Assembly: GCA_000708835.1 (NCBI GenBank)
Contig: DF237048.1
Coordinates: forward strand, 62,001-126,000
Source: Klebsormidium nitens
Taxonomy: Eukaryota > Plantae > Klebsormidiophyceae
Direction: 5' to 3'
DNA length: 64,000 bases
The notes beneath the pieces were generated by a model. That model was not told where the DNA came from. It did no database searches and saw only the letters and a program-made list of their open reading frames with translations. Position 1 is the first letter of the stretch. Each line of letters opens with the position of its first letter. Shown in pieces: positions 49,633 to 63,358 of the stretch. The translations under genes and the position numbers were made by a program.

Positions 49633-52600
49633 TTAGGGCCATGCTCGCTGCGACGGGACAAAGATCTGCTTGATCGCTGCCAAACTAGACACCTTCCACC
49701 GCTCCACGTGCTCCACAACCTGCCAAGAGCAGAGATCCAACGATCACCGGTACTGAAAATGCACGACATTCAAGGCCTGCGCTCTCTACAAGATTTGAAA
49801 CATACCAGATCGCAACAGCGGCCGCAACGTTTACAAGCCTAGGGATTAGCGACTTGGCTGGACAAGTAGCACATGCAGGTTTTCGAGTACCTTTGGAGGC
49901 CTCCTCAGATAGCAAATGTGAGATGGAACACCCATGCAATGCTCAAGCCCAGAAAAGCTCCCAACTTGATCGTCAGCGTCACGCAGCATGCTGACTTCGT
50001 TGCTCGAGTCAGCAAACGACCTGGATGACTCTCAACCAAAGACTTTGGCTAGCCGCACACTTCAGGGGTTCCCTTGCTTCTGTAAGTAGTAGGTTCGCAG
50101 GCAGCCCTTCAGTCTCGTCTCTCTTCACCTAGGCTCGCACTTCTCAGGATGTAACGCGGAACTTCGTCGTAATCATTTGAGCGAACGACTCACAGGCAGC
50201 CCTTCCAAAGGACGTCGGAGCCTCGTATATGACTGACAAGAAAACTCCTCTGAAACGACTACATGGAGAAGATGTTACCGACCTGTAATCGTTCGTTCAG
50301 AAGGTGCGTCGTGCCCCCAGCCACGTCTATGTACGGCCGCCAAGGCAGCTTCAGATACGTCCTGGAAAAGGGAACATACAATGATCGTGACGTCAGCCTG
50401 ACATCAACAATTACGGTTTTCGAGCAACGGTGGCGGGCGCCGGTGACTGCTTGACCGCTCGCCTCACTACAATGTGGCTCCGACGGTTTGGCGCTGGTCC
50501 AACGACGAAGCCAAAATCAAGCAACAAGAACTGTCAATCTGGACACGAGGCCCTTTCAACGTTGCAAGTAGTGCGTCTGGATCAGACCTTAGAGTATTCT
50601 GATTCGCATATTGACGATGCATCGATCGAACATACGACGAGGCTTTGCATAAGAGCACGAGACTCGACAACGCCCTTCCAACAGCCAAAGGGCCCTAGGA
50701 AAGCTAAGGGCAAAGTCCAAGACGAGAAAGGGCAGACTTGTGAAGTTCAAAGCTTGGGAGGTCGAAAGAGATTGACAAACCTGAGGATCCATCTCGTTGA
50801 CACGACGGTTGCTCCCCCCTCCCGAACCTGCATCAGAAGGTTCGGACCGGTTGAAAGTCCGAGGTCTGCAATCTTGGTCAACCTAGCTTTTAGACTCCTC
50901 CAAGCCAAACTTGCGTTCCGATCTTGTGTTTGAGTGGTAGAAGAACAAGCAGAAGCGCAGGAAAAAAGCTTCCTACTCACGTCACCACGCAGTACAAAAG
51001 CTTGGCATCCGAAAGAAGAGATTTCAAATGCACGATCGGCATGAGGTCATCCTGGCGGATCTGTCTCAGCATCCAAGGAGTGCGCTTCAAACTTAGGCTT
51101 CGTGTCAAGTGGTGTTCTGAAAAGAAAGGTGCCCAGCCATCCGCAAAGGCACGTGTTCGCATCTTACCGGCTCTATTCTCAGAAGGGTGATCGACGGGTC
51201 TTCTAGGAACGGCACGAGTAGCCTGAGGTTCTCCTTCCATCGATCACGCCCTGCGCGTAGCAAGCTTCGCGCCTTCAGTTGGAACTTTGCTCCGTCAGGG
51301 TTCCGTTTGCATTGACAACAAGTGACTCCCGGCAATGAGTGGGTCTTTGCAAGCGAGATTGGCAAACCGAGAACAAAATTGACAATGATTTCCTCACTAC
51401 TGTGTTGTGAATCAGCCACCTCTGGTTACCAGGTGCTGAGTTTCACGTTTCTTGCATAAAAGTTTAATTCTTTCCAAACAAACTTTGCGAGAGTCATTTC
51501 CAGCAAGGAAACGATGCACTCCGCCGCAACAGCTTGTACCAGGAGCGTCAGATGAGATCTGTGAGTGACTCACCTGTAAATTTGACTGTGGGGTCGGCGA
51601 AAAAACAATCCGGATCATACAGGGCGTCTGTGATGTTCCCTGCATCGGAGGAAAGGTTAGGACTTGGTTAGTGTCCCTGCTGACGACTCGGCTTCAAGTG
51701 GCTGCATCTCCCAACCTGGCCGTCAACTTGTCTTCTCTTTGTGAGGGCGACTCTGGGGAGTTCGTGATTGCCAACGGCTGCGGGAAGCCCGACAGGCAGA
51801 GCGGCCGGAAGCGCAGACGAACCGATCGGCACTTGGGTTCAGCTTGAGCAACGACTTTCCTATTGATGCCGGTTCGCTTTTCCAGCCTCAAATGAGGCTC
51901 TTATCGAAGCCTTCTTATAAAAGCTCTTTCAGAAGACGCTCTATCCCGCTCAACTTGCACCCGCAATGTAGACACTCCAAACTAGGGGTAAACAATAAGA
52001 TCTAGTCTTCGCGTGAAAATTCCTTTGATGTTCTCACTATCTGGTCGGAACCTGGCATCCTCATACTCTGGCCAGATCCCCTAGAAAGGAAAAGATGGAA
52101 CCAATATGCCCCTTATGGCCCACCCTTTACAAACCATTTTTGTTGGCCACAGCGGCTGCAAGGTTATCGTTAACAAGTCTCAAACTCAAAACCGCAGCAT
52201 ACCTGTGACAAAGTACGCACGCTCCACGTAGTCCTTCCGAAGGGCTGCCAACACCTCGTCTAGCGACTCGAACGGGGCTGCCTCTGGCGCTAGTGCCGAA
52301 CCTTCTCGCGCAGAAACGGGGCGCCTGCTGACAAGAAACAAAGCCATCAGATCGAGGGCAACAAACTCAGCTATTCTGAAATTACAAATTGAGCACAAAG
52401 AACATTGAAGAGGTACCTAGGTGAAAGTAAGACAGAACATGACCAACTCACAACGTTTGCAGTGAGAATTCTCTGGTGAAAGTCCTACTAAGCGATCGAT
52501 TTGACATCATGAGCCAATCCAGTAACTTTGAGAGCTCGCTCAAAGATCGCGTCATTAAAAGATGGCAGAGTTGTCGTGTCTCTGATTGTGCATAAATGTG

Positions 52601-54386
52601 AGTCCAAACACAAACTTGCGTTGCAAAGTTGCCCCGGAGATTGAACCACTCAGGACTTCACAATTATCGCAAGGTTCTGAGCAAGCGCAGGGATGGAATG
52701 AAACAGTGGCGCAGCTGCAAGTGATGCCCCGCTGCCTAACGAGATGAGTTTCCGTCCAAACCAAAGGACTTTCGAACCTAAGAAGAAGGTATTTTTCCAG
52801 CCTAACGTAATGACTTACCAGCCTAACAGGATTGCTTTTCAGCGAAGCCCAACCTTCAAGTTGTGGCAGGCTCACCTTTTCCCCACGCCCAAAAGTCGCA
52901 GGAGCTCTGTCACTCCACCAACAGCAGCTTCGATCAACGCATTCGCTCGGCCTTCTGGGGACAATCTTGACTGTCTTGGGACCGCAACCGGAGGAGCAAC
53001 TTCTGAAGGACTTTCAGGGTCGGAAGCAGCTTCTGCAGGACTTTCAGGGTTAGAAGCAGCCTGCAAGCAGCAATGCATAGTCTTCTAGGATTGCAGCTTA
53101 TCTAAGGGAAAACCCTCGTGCTTTTGCACCTTTGATGAATGTAGTCAGGTGACCTTTGAGAGGCCAGAGTGGTCAGCGCATGTAACCAAGAAGAAGTCAA
53201 CACGATTTCTTTTGACCCGCTACACGTGCACTCTGAACAATTGAGGGGGAACAGGCGTTGAGCACTAAATCTGCTAGTGACCCCTCTTGATTTGAACACT
53301 TTCAGCGGGAGTCCGGTCTCCCCAAGCCTGGATAGTCTTTGAACAAGCAAACCAGTTCCTGTCTCCCCAATGTCAAGAGCTGATAATTTCATCGAAGCTT
53401 GATGTTGCTATCCTTTCAGAACACCCTCACATTCTTTGTATTCCCCTCAAAGTCATGTCCCATCCTCTTGCAATTTGTACTGAGTGAACGCCATTCCTGA
53501 GTTGCAACCAACACATATTGTTAGTTTATTTGGATAATATAACACCGACCATACATAGGATTCTGACCAAAGTTCCGCAATAACCCCACCTCCTCCTCCG
53601 CCTTGTGCGGCTGCTCCTCCTTCTCTTCCTTCTTGCGTTCCTCCTCTGGCTGCAGCTTGGCCAGCCGCTCATGTTTGTGGTGCGCATGCAGTAGGGGCTT
53701 CTTCTCTGTTGCAGCCTTCTTCTTCTTCGCATCCTCCACTTTAGCTCCCTTGCCCTTGATTGCAAAAACCTGTGAGGAAAAGGTCACAGGATTGAGAAGA
53801 TGCGTCTTGGACCATCGTCTTAATGCATGGTGCAAGCCATTGAGTGTTCCTGCTCTGATTCCAGCTCTTTAGGAAACGGCCAGCTTGCCGTTCTGCAGAT
53901 TCAAGCAACGAACTTTCAAACAGAGGAAGGGGTTTGATAAGGTACGCAGAAAACCTGGTACGGGCAATGAACGTGGCCATATCCAAAGTATATCAACAGT
54001 GCTTCTGCTGGCTGGAATGATGGAACGAATTTCCCTCGCAGATGTCCACTGACCTTGTCGGCCAACTTCTTCTCTTTCACCTTCTCCTTCTTCATCTCCT
54101 TCTTCTTTTTCGCCACCGTTGACAGAACAGGCATGCCTCCAGCCCTTGTTAGAGAGATGTACTTTTCTTGCCCATTCCAATCAGCGGCTCTGGAAGGCCC
54201 ATGTGGCTGTGGACGCAATCCACAGGGCTGAATGAAAGTGCGGCCTTGATTTAGAGACTGGTTGACTGATGCTCCGGGCAGCCCCCCAGTGGGATCCACT
54301 GCAGTCCATGATTGACGCCTCTGATTCGAGCTCCGAGGCCTGCTATAAGATGCCAACTGAGAAATTGGTCTAATTGCTGCTGCCAT
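49633..54386 (-). CDS. DUF2358 / NTF2-like protein, probably plastid-targeted, ~394 aa; exons 54386-54054, 53769-53590, 53060-52876, 52327-52203, 51639-51574, 51250-51168, 50827-50781, 50361-50283, 49719-49633
   Basis: GGVTELLRLL...LRKDYVERAYFVTG/NITDALYDPDCFFADPTVKFTG/RDRWKENLRLLVPFLEDPSI.../RWILR/TYLKLPWRPYIDVAGGT.../VVEHVERWKVSSLAAIKQIF matches plant DUF2358 proteins; all phases match. Confidence 0.92.
53001..53060 (-). repeat. Two-copy 30-nt coding repeat (AASNPESPAE/AASDPESPSE)
   Basis: Direct repeat seen inside DUF2358 exon 3. Confidence 0.85.
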
Positions 54387-57300
54387 GCTGCGCGTCTCGG
54401 GTTTGATGCGAGAAAGGATCAATGGAGACTGACATCGATCAGGCCCTGGCGCTGCAATGTTACTCACTGCTACCATCTGCATCCCAAAGACACGAACTTT
54501 TAAACGATTATTGCGAGAATAGGTGCCACAGCTCTACCTATCTCCAAGCATCTAGACCGCCTACGTCCTGGCAATTGGCTCCCTTGAAGTTGAAGAATTC
54601 TGGCTGGTCAACCTTCAGGCTTTCGAAGGGATGCATGGATGCTTGTGCAAGCATCTGGGGCCTGAATGTTTGTTTGCCAGCTCAGCCTCGACTCTCGAGT
54701 CGATTTTCACAAAATTGAACTGCATTGGAGGGAGCGTACTGCTGGTGCTGGCAGGTCTTGCGCCGTACTGTATAGGAGCGGCTGCCGGTTTTTAGCTGCG
54801 GCACTCCTCTGCCCCGTTAAAACGTGCCGGGCCGACCAACGGTTCTGGATCCGGGGACCGGTTGGCCTAATTCACGTGCAAAATTGCTATAATCACGAAC
54901 TCGCTGAGTTGGCAGGCCATGCCAGCATGAATTTTCACTAGTTGATCCATGCATATCAATTGGTCATGCAGGCAGCAATCTGCATTGACTGCATGATAAT
55001 GAACCGGTTACTAGAAGTCCCGTTCTGATATCTCAAACTGACTGCGCACACAACTAGGAATGGACTTTCTCAATCCTTACTAATTAAGATTATACATTTG
55101 ATACTACAGTATGAAAGAGACGGTCGCTAGATATCACATACCGTGTCACATACCATGTCCCTAAACTTGAGGTTGGAATCTCGGACCGATCTTAGTGTCC
55201 ACTGATGCTGCATAGGATAAGCCATACGCAATCCATGATGACATCTCTGTAATCCAACTTTTGAGTCCGGTACTTTTTTAGATGCAATGCTTTGGAAGGT
55301 ATGCGCTTGACGGAATCAGCCTGTGGCTTGCAAATTGTACATGCATCTATTCGGCTCCATAAGGATTCCATCGGACCCAATTTCCCCAATATACATCCCC
55401 TTAACCAAATGGTAGGCATGATACGCACTGTAGCTTGTATCCCCTAAGAAATTTCGCCACGTCTACCTAGACCTGATACTGGTAAGGGCTTTGGTTGTGG
55501 ACTTGTAACTTAACAGGACGACTTCATTTGTTTTTGCGCACGCACTATATATAACGTTTTCCCCGGCCAGGTTCGTGGGTTTCGAAGTTAACGGGCAAAC
55601 AAGAAAATATTTTGATTGATGACCCTCGAAGTGAAGAGACACCGTCAACCCCGGTCAAGTGCCCAGATTGACAGGCGATTGCTTATCACGAAAGCGAACG
55701 TTTGTTGCAGCGACAAAAACATTCTTAACGCTCAACGGACCTTGTGCACCAGGTTCTGATAACACGTGGCGGCACCCCAGCCGGCCGCAAGCACCGAACT
55801 GGCCATGAAGACTCGGAACTGTCTGGGCCAAGCGCACCTCAAAGCCCACGCGCTCGAATCGGCAGATACACCTGCGGGTTGAGGGGTTTCGCTGAGTTTT
55901 GGGGTTCGGAGTTGAGTTTCGAGCATTCCCCGTCGAAATAAAGCGCATCCGTGCACGTCTCCTACCACTTTGAAAGAACTGACCAAGTCAGTTGAGGTAG
56001 ACGCTTTAAACCGCCTCCCTTCATGTGGTGTCGGTGGCTGCATCACAGTACTATACGAAAATCAAATGACTGTGTCTGCTACCGACGTGAGTGTTCGTAG
56101 TCGGGTCCTGCTGGCAGCCTGTTTGAACTAGGAACACAGGCACCAGAAGCGCCCGCTGAAGCTCTATCGAGGGGACAGCTTTTACCGTCCGTCGTACCGC
56201 AGTTACAAAAAGCTGAATGGAAGGAAATGGACCATTGCTGATTTTCTCAGAGATTCAGAGATGCAATTGGACACTTTACCTTCCAAGCACGTCAAGTTGA
56301 TACGAAAGGCGTGGCGATGCCTTCTGAAAGTTCCCGAAGAATGGTGTGCCGATGGAAGCCCTTGAACTTACTGAACCAGTGACTGGCGAATACCGGCCGA
56401 TAGAAGCGCTGCTGGCTGGCTGGAAAACTACGTCGAAAACGCGCCGTGGAAGCTGTCCGAATGTGCTGGCTTTAATGTGCAAACATTGAAATTATTGTTG
56501 ATTACTCACCAGTCGACCGGCGTGCGAGCATGGGAAGATGCACTCGCCCACGAAGAGGCCCATTGCACGTCGAACCAGTTGGCCACCCCGTCGCAGGCCC
56601 CCGACCTGCATGGAGAAGGATGCTCGTTGCTGACTACTTAACAGCTCTCTTCAAGCACAAGGGGGCAAATGCATGGTAGTTGCCAAATCTGCAACGGCTG
56701 TCAAAACTGACCGCCTGAACCTAAATTCGATCCGAGCCAATCGCAAACCTCGCCCGATGCGCAAAAGTCGGACCTTTCAATAAGCTCGGTTCCACTCGTT
56801 GAGCGGTCCAAGGTGTGTGCGTCTGGCCAAGAATTTCTTCGTGACTGGTGAGGCGGCCAGGTTCAAGCGAACTCGCAGAAACAGGTGTCACTGGGCGAGA
56901 TGCCGGAAGGGGCTCGCACAAGCAGTCGGTTGCATGTAAGAGGGGCCGATATCTATATGGCCATGGCCGAAGCAGCTTTGAGAACGCCTGAGGTCCCTTG
57001 GAAGCCGAAGTGTGCGATGAGAAGTCGATGGACCTGTTAGTCGGTTCCCTCAGTTAGACGGGCGATACCGCTGATTTAATGACGACACTGTGACGCTATC
57101 AGGCCGCAAAAATCACGTCTGCCAAGGTTTTCCAGAGACCACAGAGTTTTAAACCCCTCGATGATTTCTTCTACGATCTATCAGCAATAGTTGCGGCGCT
57201 GACCAGATAATGAAGAGGCCTGCGTTAAGAAGCAGGGCGTGTTGGACTTTTCCATTTCCGGCCGCGGCTGACGATGGAATCCAGTGGTTGCAACGACGGA

Positions 57301-60300
57301 TTGAGACAGCGGCCACGGGTGCCATGTGGCTTCGAATGTGCAGACGCATCTTTCCAACAGGCAGAGATCAAGGAATGAGCGTCGTTCACCTTGGCCAGAA
57401 AGTCGGAAATCTGACGACGCCCACGTACTTCGCCGTCTCGATGGCGCCCAATTTGTCCGCGCGCAAAGGGCAGCCGCTACCTGGTTGTCCCGGCAACCTG
57501 GGGAAGGGTTTCAGGAATTCAGTGCCTTCGCGGTTCCAGGATCTCAGGAGGCGGGATCCGCAACGTCACCATCGCGGGTTTCCAGGTGACGGAAAGGTGT
57601 TCTGAGAAAAAAACGCGCAACTCAGCCATACAAGTGATTGACGAAGCGACTTTGTATACTGATGGGTAAAGCAAGGGTTGAGAACCTGCGGATGTGGGCG
57701 TGACAGGCAGCAGAGAAGGCTTGCAAGGGCGAAAAGCAGATGATGCAAGTCCTGCCGTCTTCGAGGCCGTTTCGTAATCCTGTGACATTATCATGCTCTC
57801 AATCGCAAAACTAAATACGTCACTTTGGCAACTGAATGGTGACACACTGAAAACGAGCTTTCGAAATGAAGACGCGACAAACTCTCAGGCGAAATCAAAC
57901 AGTGGTATCACAAAGGCTGTTGGCTTTGGCTGGTAATGAGAGGCTCTTGAGGCCTATAATAGCACTGAAAGGAAGAGCGCAGAATGGGGGAAGTCTGACA
58001 ACGGACATCGCAAACGGACGAAAGTACGAGGACTCATTCGAGGGAACATCACCAGTCACTGGTCAGCCGGGAAAACAGTGCCACGATCCTCTGGCAGGGC
58101 GTGGACACTCATTGGCCACGAGGAACTTTAACTAAAAGCTAACGTTCCGGTGAGTGTATGCTTTTTCGTTCGTGTAAAAGAGCAGGGGCGATAATCTTCG
58201 AGCTTCTTTGGATGATCGCAGGCGTTCTGCTTACCGGGACGTTTCGTCCGCCTGACAGCTAGCGACCACGTTCCGGCATGAGGCGAAGCATTTATTGGGC
58301 GACCGTCCACACCTTTCCGCTGCTGATCAGCTCGCCGAGATTGGGTTCCCCGAGTCCGGACCCGCGGAAACAAAACAGGCGCGCCGAGAGCGAACCACGG
58401 TATATGTGCCGCCAGCTGCGGAGAATGGAGGTGGTAACGGCAGGTGAGAAAAGGTCTCCTTCCCATCAAGGCGCCGCGGACAGGTGCTGACACATACGAA
58501 AGGTATGTCCCTAGAGAACTGAGTTACATCAACGCATCTCGACTTCATCCTGATGGACGCTACGTCCGATGGTCGCCGCTTCGTTGACGCAACTGCTGAG
58601 GACAAGTGCAATCTCTAGCGTCTCGAAGTACTCGAAAAAGAGCCCGAAAAGCAGGGCTCGAGCTGAGTCACTCTGCAGGTTGAGGTCCAACGAGCCGACT
58701 GTTAAAAGGTGCAGCAACGTATGCGAAGCACTGATGGCTTCCGAACTGCAAACAGTGCAAGGTCCAGGCAATCATACTGTGTCGGCTTTGAATTCCTCGG
58801 GCCGCAGGGAAGCGCGGATTAGGATTTGAAAGAGCAATCCCGTTTTGAGGGCTTTGAAAGAATTAGAAGTTATCAACCAAACACCAAATGTTTCCAAAAC
58901 GCATGACAGGGTCCTCAAAAGTCCGCAACCAGTCAGGAGCACATTAAAGTCGTTAAACTTCCGAGCGGTTCCAGTGAAACGTAACTGCGTAATTGCTTAA
59001 AAGCTTCGAATTAAGAGCCCCGGAAAGATACGCACCGGTTTGCGCGAAGAGAAAAGCCCCAGTGGGGTAGCTCGGAAGTCGAAACCCGGTATGCAGACCC
59101 CAGCGAACTGGCCGCTATGTGTGGCCGTCTTCATTGTGTCCGACAGCTTCAAGTGTTTGCGCAGCTGGGTACCTAGAAAGTGAAAAGAGGGCTCACACTC
59201 TCTCAAAGAAACGACTGCAAAAAGAGATGCCAGCGTCGAGAGGCGTCCGTAAGCTGCCTGGTAGACACAATGACAAGGCTTCGAACCCGGAAAGCCTATC
59301 TTGGGGAGCCGGACTCTGAAGAACAGTCAACTTAGAAGACTGGCGCAACCGAAAGTGGACGAATGTCATGTCGTACAAGCTGTCAACTAGAAAGCTTGAA
59401 AAAAGCAGTTTCCTTATAAAAGCTGCGCAGGACACGCTCCACCCCGGAGGTTAAGGATTACGTGAATGTCTTCGAAGGTCCAACTGAACTCGGATGCAAA
59501 ATCAACAGAACATTTCTTGGGAACTCGGGACAAATCGTGTTTCCGATGCTACAGAGTCTATTCCCGATGCAGAGCTGTAATCCTCACGCTTGAAAATCAG
59601 TTGGCTCGAGTTCCTGCGGCGTTGCAGATGGAAGCCATCATGCCCCAAGAGTGATTTAAGAAAAACAGCAGGCCAGAGCTCCTTACGGATTCTATGTGGA
59701 GTGCTGTTTAAACTGTGTTCTGATGAGAAAGCAGTCCTCAAATGCTCTTTCTCTGCAAGCGCTCTGGATATTCGACGGACTTCGTCCATAAAGGGGGCCT
59801 TCAGATGCAAGACAGGCAAGTGGCAGAATATTTCAAGGACGGCTTTTGGGAGTGCCAGAGTTCTCTCCAACATCCAAGAAGAAGAACGATGTGCTTACAA
59901 ACCAAATGCTGCCCGTTGGCAGGCGTCACGGTTGGAGAGTAGAAAAGGTTTCCGTCTTTGCCAGGCACCTCACCTCTGTCAACGCCAGGCTGAAGTTGGC
60001 GGCTTCATTGAACGCCTCTGCGGTTGCTGGACCGCTGCTCTAAATCAGCCGCCTCAGAAATATCTCCAAAGGACGGCAGAGCTTCTGACGAGCGCGTCTT
60101 TCAACTGCAGATGTTTGCTTCGTACCTGCAAGCAGCGCGGTTTCCTCATTTCTTAGAGCAGTCCACAGACGGGACACTCTCTGCTGTTTTTAGAACGAAC
60201 TTGAGGGTCGCAACCAGATTTTGACTGGTGGAACGTCTGGCTGATACACACTTCTCAATGAGTGTCAGTTGAGACTCAAAATCACTCCCCATAGAAGATC

Positions 60301-61764
60301 GATGCTATAGATGAGGCATCAAGAGTCATGATCGGTTGTCAGCTTATAACTACAGGCGCGGCAGCTGCTCAAGGTGAACAAGAGAGTCTCGGACAACGTG
60401 GCTCTGCTTGATCAGTGCGCCAGAAGCCTTTCCTTCAAGTTTGTCTGGCTTGCGACAACAGTCTGCTCGTGACAGAGAAATAGTACGCATACAGGCAGGT
60501 TGAGGCACAAACTCTGAGGCTGTTACAAGGCTCTTCCAGAGAAGGCAGTACTCTTGATAGTGGCGTAACAATTGATAACTCACTGCAGAACGCTGAAACA
60601 TTCTCATGGCCAGGCAGACAGATGCAGTGAAGTTGACGAGAAAGAAGCAAGCAAGGAGGGTGGATCGAGTGACCAGGTTTACTACTACTAGGCGTATTTG
60701 ACAAACATCAGCGCTTTTTGGTACGCAGCTCGTCTAAGTCTAGTAAGCTTCGATATCCTGTGCTTGATTGAGAATTTTACAAGCATCAAAAATTGGGGAT
60801 TTTAGAAAGGCCGATCAGGAAGATACCAAACACAACCGGACAATTGGCCTACCGGATCAGCAGCGAGAAGGTGAGCAGGAGCGAGGAAGGTCGGCAAGCG
60901 GCACTGGCAGCACCAGATTGTCATGACTTTGCAATCAGAGAATCTGCAGGCACCATGCTGAGAAACAGTGTGATGTGTTCAGACAAGTGGAACCAGCAAG
61001 GGTGGATTGCCTGATAACAGAAGACGGGATGATAATAGCATTTCAAACACAGTGGCTATAAGCCTGCCTGTAACTCTGAGGAGGGTTGTTTCTCTACTAT
61101 GCACAATGGATGATTTCGATCACACTCCCGGGCAGATGTCTTATAGGCAGTCCTAATTAGTCAGCCTGCAAATGCCACTTTCTGTTTTGAATGAACGAGG
61201 AGTAGTGTCTCAACTTTCACGACAGAGACAGAAGTTGCACCTAGCCATGCATCAGGGGCAGTGACACATTGATATGAAGACTTGGGTGTGGAGCAAGTAC
61301 AGCAGCTGATAATCTTTGAGAAGTGACTTGCATGAGATGCCTGAAGCAATTCATGCTGATCGAACCATGATTGTGGTCTAGCTCTTCCTATGAAGACAAG
61401 GAGGGATATGAATGCAATGCAATCCGCACAGGTTCCCGTTCAGCACCCTGAGTATCTGAGGCCTAGACTGCTATGAAATAATGACATCTCCTACAAGCTC
61501 TCTACAATCAAGTCATGTAAATGCATCTGGTGCAGGCAGCTTAAAGTTGATCAAGCAATAAAGGGTCAGAATTGCAGACGCAATCGGTCATATGATTTGG
61601 ATGCGTTCCAGACACTTTGGACAACAGACAGTAACAATCCACAACACTTCAAAGAGCCCAACCTTGCCTACCTGTCAGACCTGATTGTTTGGGCTACACT
61701 AGCAGCAGACAAGAAGCAGTTTTGTCCAAGAACAGAACCAGCTGATGAGTTTCTGAAGGAAGGT

Positions 61765-61780
61765 GGTGTTAGAAAACACC
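61765..61780 (-). other. Histone 3' stem-loop of H2B (GGTGTT-TTCT-AACACC)
   Basis: 6-bp stem and 4-nt loop 38 nt after the stop; inside a 29-nt block identical to that after H2A. Confidence 0.85.
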
Positions 61781-61818
61781 AGTTTGGTTGGTTTGGTGGC
61801 CCAGGACCGCCGTTCTGC

Positions 61819-62229
61819 TTAAGCAGAGGTGAACTTGGTCACAGCCTTGGTGCCCTCAGACACAGCATGCTTGGCGAGCTCGCCAGGCAGGATGAGGCGC
61901 ACAGCGGTCTGGATCTCGCGGGAGGTGATGGTCGGCTTCTTGTTGTAGCGCGCCAGCTTGGAGGCCTCGGTGGCCAGCTTCTCGAAGATGTCGTTGATGA
62001 AGGAGTTGAGGATGCTGATGGCCTTGCTGCTGATCCCAGTGTCGGGGTGGACCTGCTTGAGCACCTTGTAGATGTAAATCTTGAAGGTCTCCACTCCCTT
62101 CTTGGACTTCTTCTTGCCCTTGGCACCCTCCTTGGCCGGCTTCTTCTCAGCCTTGGCGGCAGGCTTCTTCTCAGCCTTAGGGGCCTTCTCGGCAGCGGGG
62201 GCCTTCTCAGCGGCAGGCTTGGGAGCCAT
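61819..62229 (-). CDS. H2B: Histone H2B, intronless (136 aa)
   Basis: MAPKPAAEK...[25 protein letters not shown]...[32 protein letters not shown]. Confidence 0.99.
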   Translation of the reverse strand: MAPKPAAEKAPAAEKAPKAEKKPAAKAEKKPAKEGAKGKKKSKKGVETFKIYIYKVLKQVHPDTGISSKAISILNSFINDIFEKLATEASKLARYNKKPTITSREIQTAVRLILPGELAKHAVSEGTKAVTKFTSA

Positions 62230-62470
62230 GGTTGCAGGAGCTGATTGCAAAGGAGACTGTTGAGGTTGTTGGTACGATGTTGATTGCAGTTGCTGAGAAT
62301 GGAGAGGATTGCTGTATTTATCTGTTCAACTCTGCTGCGCACTTCAAATTTTCGCTGAACTTCCGAAGATGTCTGTCTTGAGGCTTCAGTCAGTCCAGGA
62401 AGCAGTCTTGGCCGCAGTCTACGACTGAGCTCAAGAGCTATCTCATCAACTATTGGCTGAAAAGTAGGGC

Positions 62471-62651
62471 CACGGATCGATCTTGGCTTCCCCTCGATGT
62501 GTGCCGTTGGATAAGGTACACTTGTTATCGGACGCCGCTAGGCCGTTTTACCTTGGGTTCAAATTTGAATCTGCGGACTTGCCACGTGGCAGTGCTTCCC
62601 AGTGGTTCTGGTGAAGCCGTTCGATTATAGCCTTTTGCTTATCGGACGCCG
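62471..62651. promoter_or_regulatory. Bidirectional histone promoter motifs
   Basis: CACGGATC octamer variant (62471-62478), 13-nt direct repeat TTATCGGACGCCG (62525, 62639), TTCAAATTTGAA palindrome (62558-62569), TGCCACGTGGCA G-box palindrome (62580-62591); function inferred. Confidence 0.55.
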
Positions 62652-62921
62652 AAAATTCAACGACAAAAATCAGCTATCCATGCCCCTGTTTTTCAACGAA
62701 TTACCGTCCAGAAAGGCCCTCCAGACCGTGCGCCAAATTCCCAGCCTTGCAATCACGACTCACGGTCACCTCGACTACGGTAGAGAGAACTTGGAACAGT
62801 CCGAGAGAGCAGAAAGTCAGAGCGGTACAAAGCAACGCCCCTTGCGCCACTTCCCATGCAAAGTCTCTCGCAATCACACAGCAATCCAACTTCCAGTTCC
62901 CTTCGCCACCAATTCGCCACC

Positions 62922-63299
62922 ATGTCAGGACGCGGCAAGGCCTCCGGCAAGAAGTCTGTGAGCCGCAGCGCAAAGGCTGGGCTCCAGTTCCCCGTGGGGA
63001 GAATCGCCAGGTATCTCAAGGCTGGCAAGTATGCCACCCGTGTGGGTGCCGGCGCTCCTGTTTACCTCGCCGCCGTGCTTGAATACCTCGCGGCTGAGGT
63101 TCTGGAGCTGGCAGGCAACGCCTCCAGGGACAACAAGAAGACCAGGATCGTCCCCAGGCACATCCAGCTCGCGGTCAGGAACGACGAGGAGCTGAGCAAG
63201 CTGCTGGGCAACGTCACCATCGCCGCAGGAGGTGTCCTCCCCAACATCCACTCTGTGCTGCTCCCCAAGAAGAACGTCAAGGGTGGGGCTGCCGAGTAA
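62922..63299 (+). CDS. H2A: Histone H2A (canonical type), intronless (125 aa)
   Basis: MSGRGK...[20 protein letters not shown]...[38 protein letters not shown]; no SQE or SPKK tail. Confidence 0.99.
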   Translation: MSGRGKASGKKSVSRSAKAGLQFPVGRIARYLKAGKYATRVGAGAPVYLAAVLEYLAAEVLELAGNASRDNKKTRIVPRHIQLAVRNDEELSKLLGNVTIAAGGVLPNIHSVLLPKKNVKGGAAE

Positions 63300-63342
63300 A
63301 TGCGCACCAAGCGCAAGGCCTAGTGCCGAACACAACCAAACT

Positions 63343-63358
63343 GGTGTTTTCTAACACC
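63343..63358 (+). other. Histone 3' stem-loop of H2A (GGTGTT-TTCT-AACACC)
   Basis: 6-bp stem and 4-nt loop 43 nt after the stop, flanked by ACCAAACT and ACC. Confidence 0.85.

Noticed and set aside
52322-52330. CAGCAG tandem acceptor in the DUF2358 gene
   Set aside because: Real but common NAGNAG; changes at most one residue.
55192-56482. Short minus-strand ORFs with exon-like flanks
   Set aside because: Could not be joined in phase or assigned to a family.
61597-63335. ORFs 61597-62244, 61839-62342 and 62925-63335
   Set aside because: Antisense or alternate-frame shadows of the histone genes.
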